Positions 35,503 to 36,252 of a stretch of DNA of 36,252 nucleotides are shown here, piece after piece. Numbering within the stretch: position 1 is the first letter of the stretch; each line of letters starts with the position of its first letter. The notes under the pieces are model-generated. The model was given only the letters and a program-made list of their open reading frames with translations. It did not search any database and was not told the origin of the DNA. Position numbers and translations under genes: made by a program. The stretch is from Actinomycetota bacterium (GTDB lineage: Bacteria > Actinomycetota > CADDZG01 > JAHWKV01), in NCBI GenBank assembly GCA_036260105.1, contig DATAAN010000072.1, forward strand, positions 1 through 36,252, written 5' to 3'.

Positions 35503-36252
35503 ATGAACGGGCTGAGCGGAAGGCAGGTCGCTCTCTGGACTGTCGGCGTCGTGGCTGCCGTTGCGGCAACATGGGGCCTCGTTATGGTGGTCGTGAACGA
35601 ACCCGCGCCGGCCCCGGCTGCGCCGGTCGCTCGTGAGGTCGTCTCGCTACAGGGTCTGGTGTCGGGTACGGCGTCGGTCCTGGTGAAGTCGATGCCTCCC
35701 CCGCCCCCTCCGCCTCCTCCCCCCGCTCCGCTTCAGCTGGCGCCCGCCCCGGTGGCCATCGCAGCCGGCGCACCGGTTCCGGCTCCGGCAAATCCGGTAG
35801 GCGCCGAGGCGCTGGCGCTCGAGCAGCGCCTGTCAGACCTCGGCTACCTCGTCGGCAAGGTCGACGGGGTTATCGATGGCGCGACCAAGCACGGCATCAC
35901 GGCGTTCCAGAAGGTCGAGAACCTGCCCCGCAACGGTGTCGCCGACGCGCCGACGCTGCAGCGGCTGGCCAGTGCGCAAAAGCCCGCCCCGAAGTTCAAC
36001 ACGCCTCCCGATCACTGGGAGGTCGACATCCCGCGCCAGGTGGTGTTCATGGTGCGAGGAGGACAGGTCGCCGCCATCTCACCGACCTCCACCGGCAACA
36101 ACAAGAAGTTCACGTCTCAGGGGTACACGCGGCGTGCGGTGACTCCGAACGGGCAGTTCCAGATCCAGTACAAGCGAAACGGCTGGCTCAACGCGCCGCT
36201 GGGTCGCCTGTACCGGCCGGCGTACTTCAACGGAGGCATCGCCCTCCACGGC
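35503..36252 (+). CDS. L,D-transpeptidase (YkuD) with a PG_binding_1 domain; 3' end beyond the window
   Basis: Not in the ORF track because there is no stop in the window. Hand translation from ATG 35503 (AAGGTGA upstream) gives a TM helix and a poly-Pro linker. It continues with LEQRLSDLGYLVGKVDGVIDGATKHGITAFQKVENLPRNGVAD (PG-binding) and then ...YRPAYFNGGIALHG (the start of the YkuD catalytic motif). Confidence 0.85.
   Translation, partial: MNGLSGRQVALWTVGVVAAVAATWGLVMVVVNEPAPAPAAPVAREVVSLQGLVSGTASVLVKSMPPPPPPPPPPAPLQLAPAPVAIAAGAPVPAPANPVGAEALALEQRLSDLGYLVGKVDGVIDGATKHGITAFQKVENLPRNGVADAPTLQRLASAQKPAPKFNTPPDHWEVDIPRQVVFMVRGGQVAAISPTSTGNNKKFTSQGYTRRAVTPNGQFQIQYKRNGWLNAPLGRLYRPAYFNGGIALHG

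Overview
GC-rich chromosomal segment (roughly two-thirds G+C by eye) with Actinomycetota-type gene content. The markers are egtABCD, a suf operon carrying an embedded Rieske gene, a Hanks-type kinase and a PG-binding L,D-transpeptidase. I support about 35 protein-coding genes and found no rRNA, tRNA, CRISPR array, transposase, integrase or phage gene.

Gene order, left to right:
- orphan protein, ArsR regulator, VanW (-), small DUF4190-like membrane protein, rsgA (-), two-unit M16 lipoprotein peptidase
- small membrane ORF, ferritin, 3D-domain secreted wall protein, RNB ribonuclease, aldo/keto reductase (-), GNAT (-), YdcF/DUF218
- 278-aa orphan (-), Fpg/Nei glycosylase, then MFS, thiI and a sigma-70 factor all on the minus strand
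- 505-bp AT-richer spacer, csp, PhzF-like (-), CC-motif orphan (-), acylphosphatase, Ser/Thr kinase
- sufB-sufD-Rieske-sufC, 195-aa orphan (-), egtA-egtB-egtC-egtD
- two exported or membrane orphans, metE, and a 3'-truncated L,D-transpeptidase

Most long antisense ORFs in the track are Arg/Gly/Pro-rich shadow frames typical of high-GC DNA.

I did not find a convincing multi-gene novel system; this reads as core housekeeping DNA with a sulfur, iron and thiol theme (thiI, suf, egt, metE, ferritin). The observations most worth follow-up are:
- a Shine-Dalgarno-driven 25-codon upstream ORF coupled to egtA
- a GNAT gene whose conserved-looking N-terminus has ACG where a start codon is expected
- a suf operon without sufS/sufU abutting an egt operon without egtE
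- an IdeR-like palindrome upstream of the ferritin locus
- long structured leaders ahead of the 3D-domain gene, csp and metE
- a few orphan genes, including an exported two-gene pair downstream of egtD

All family assignments come from motif reading of the translations, not from database searches.
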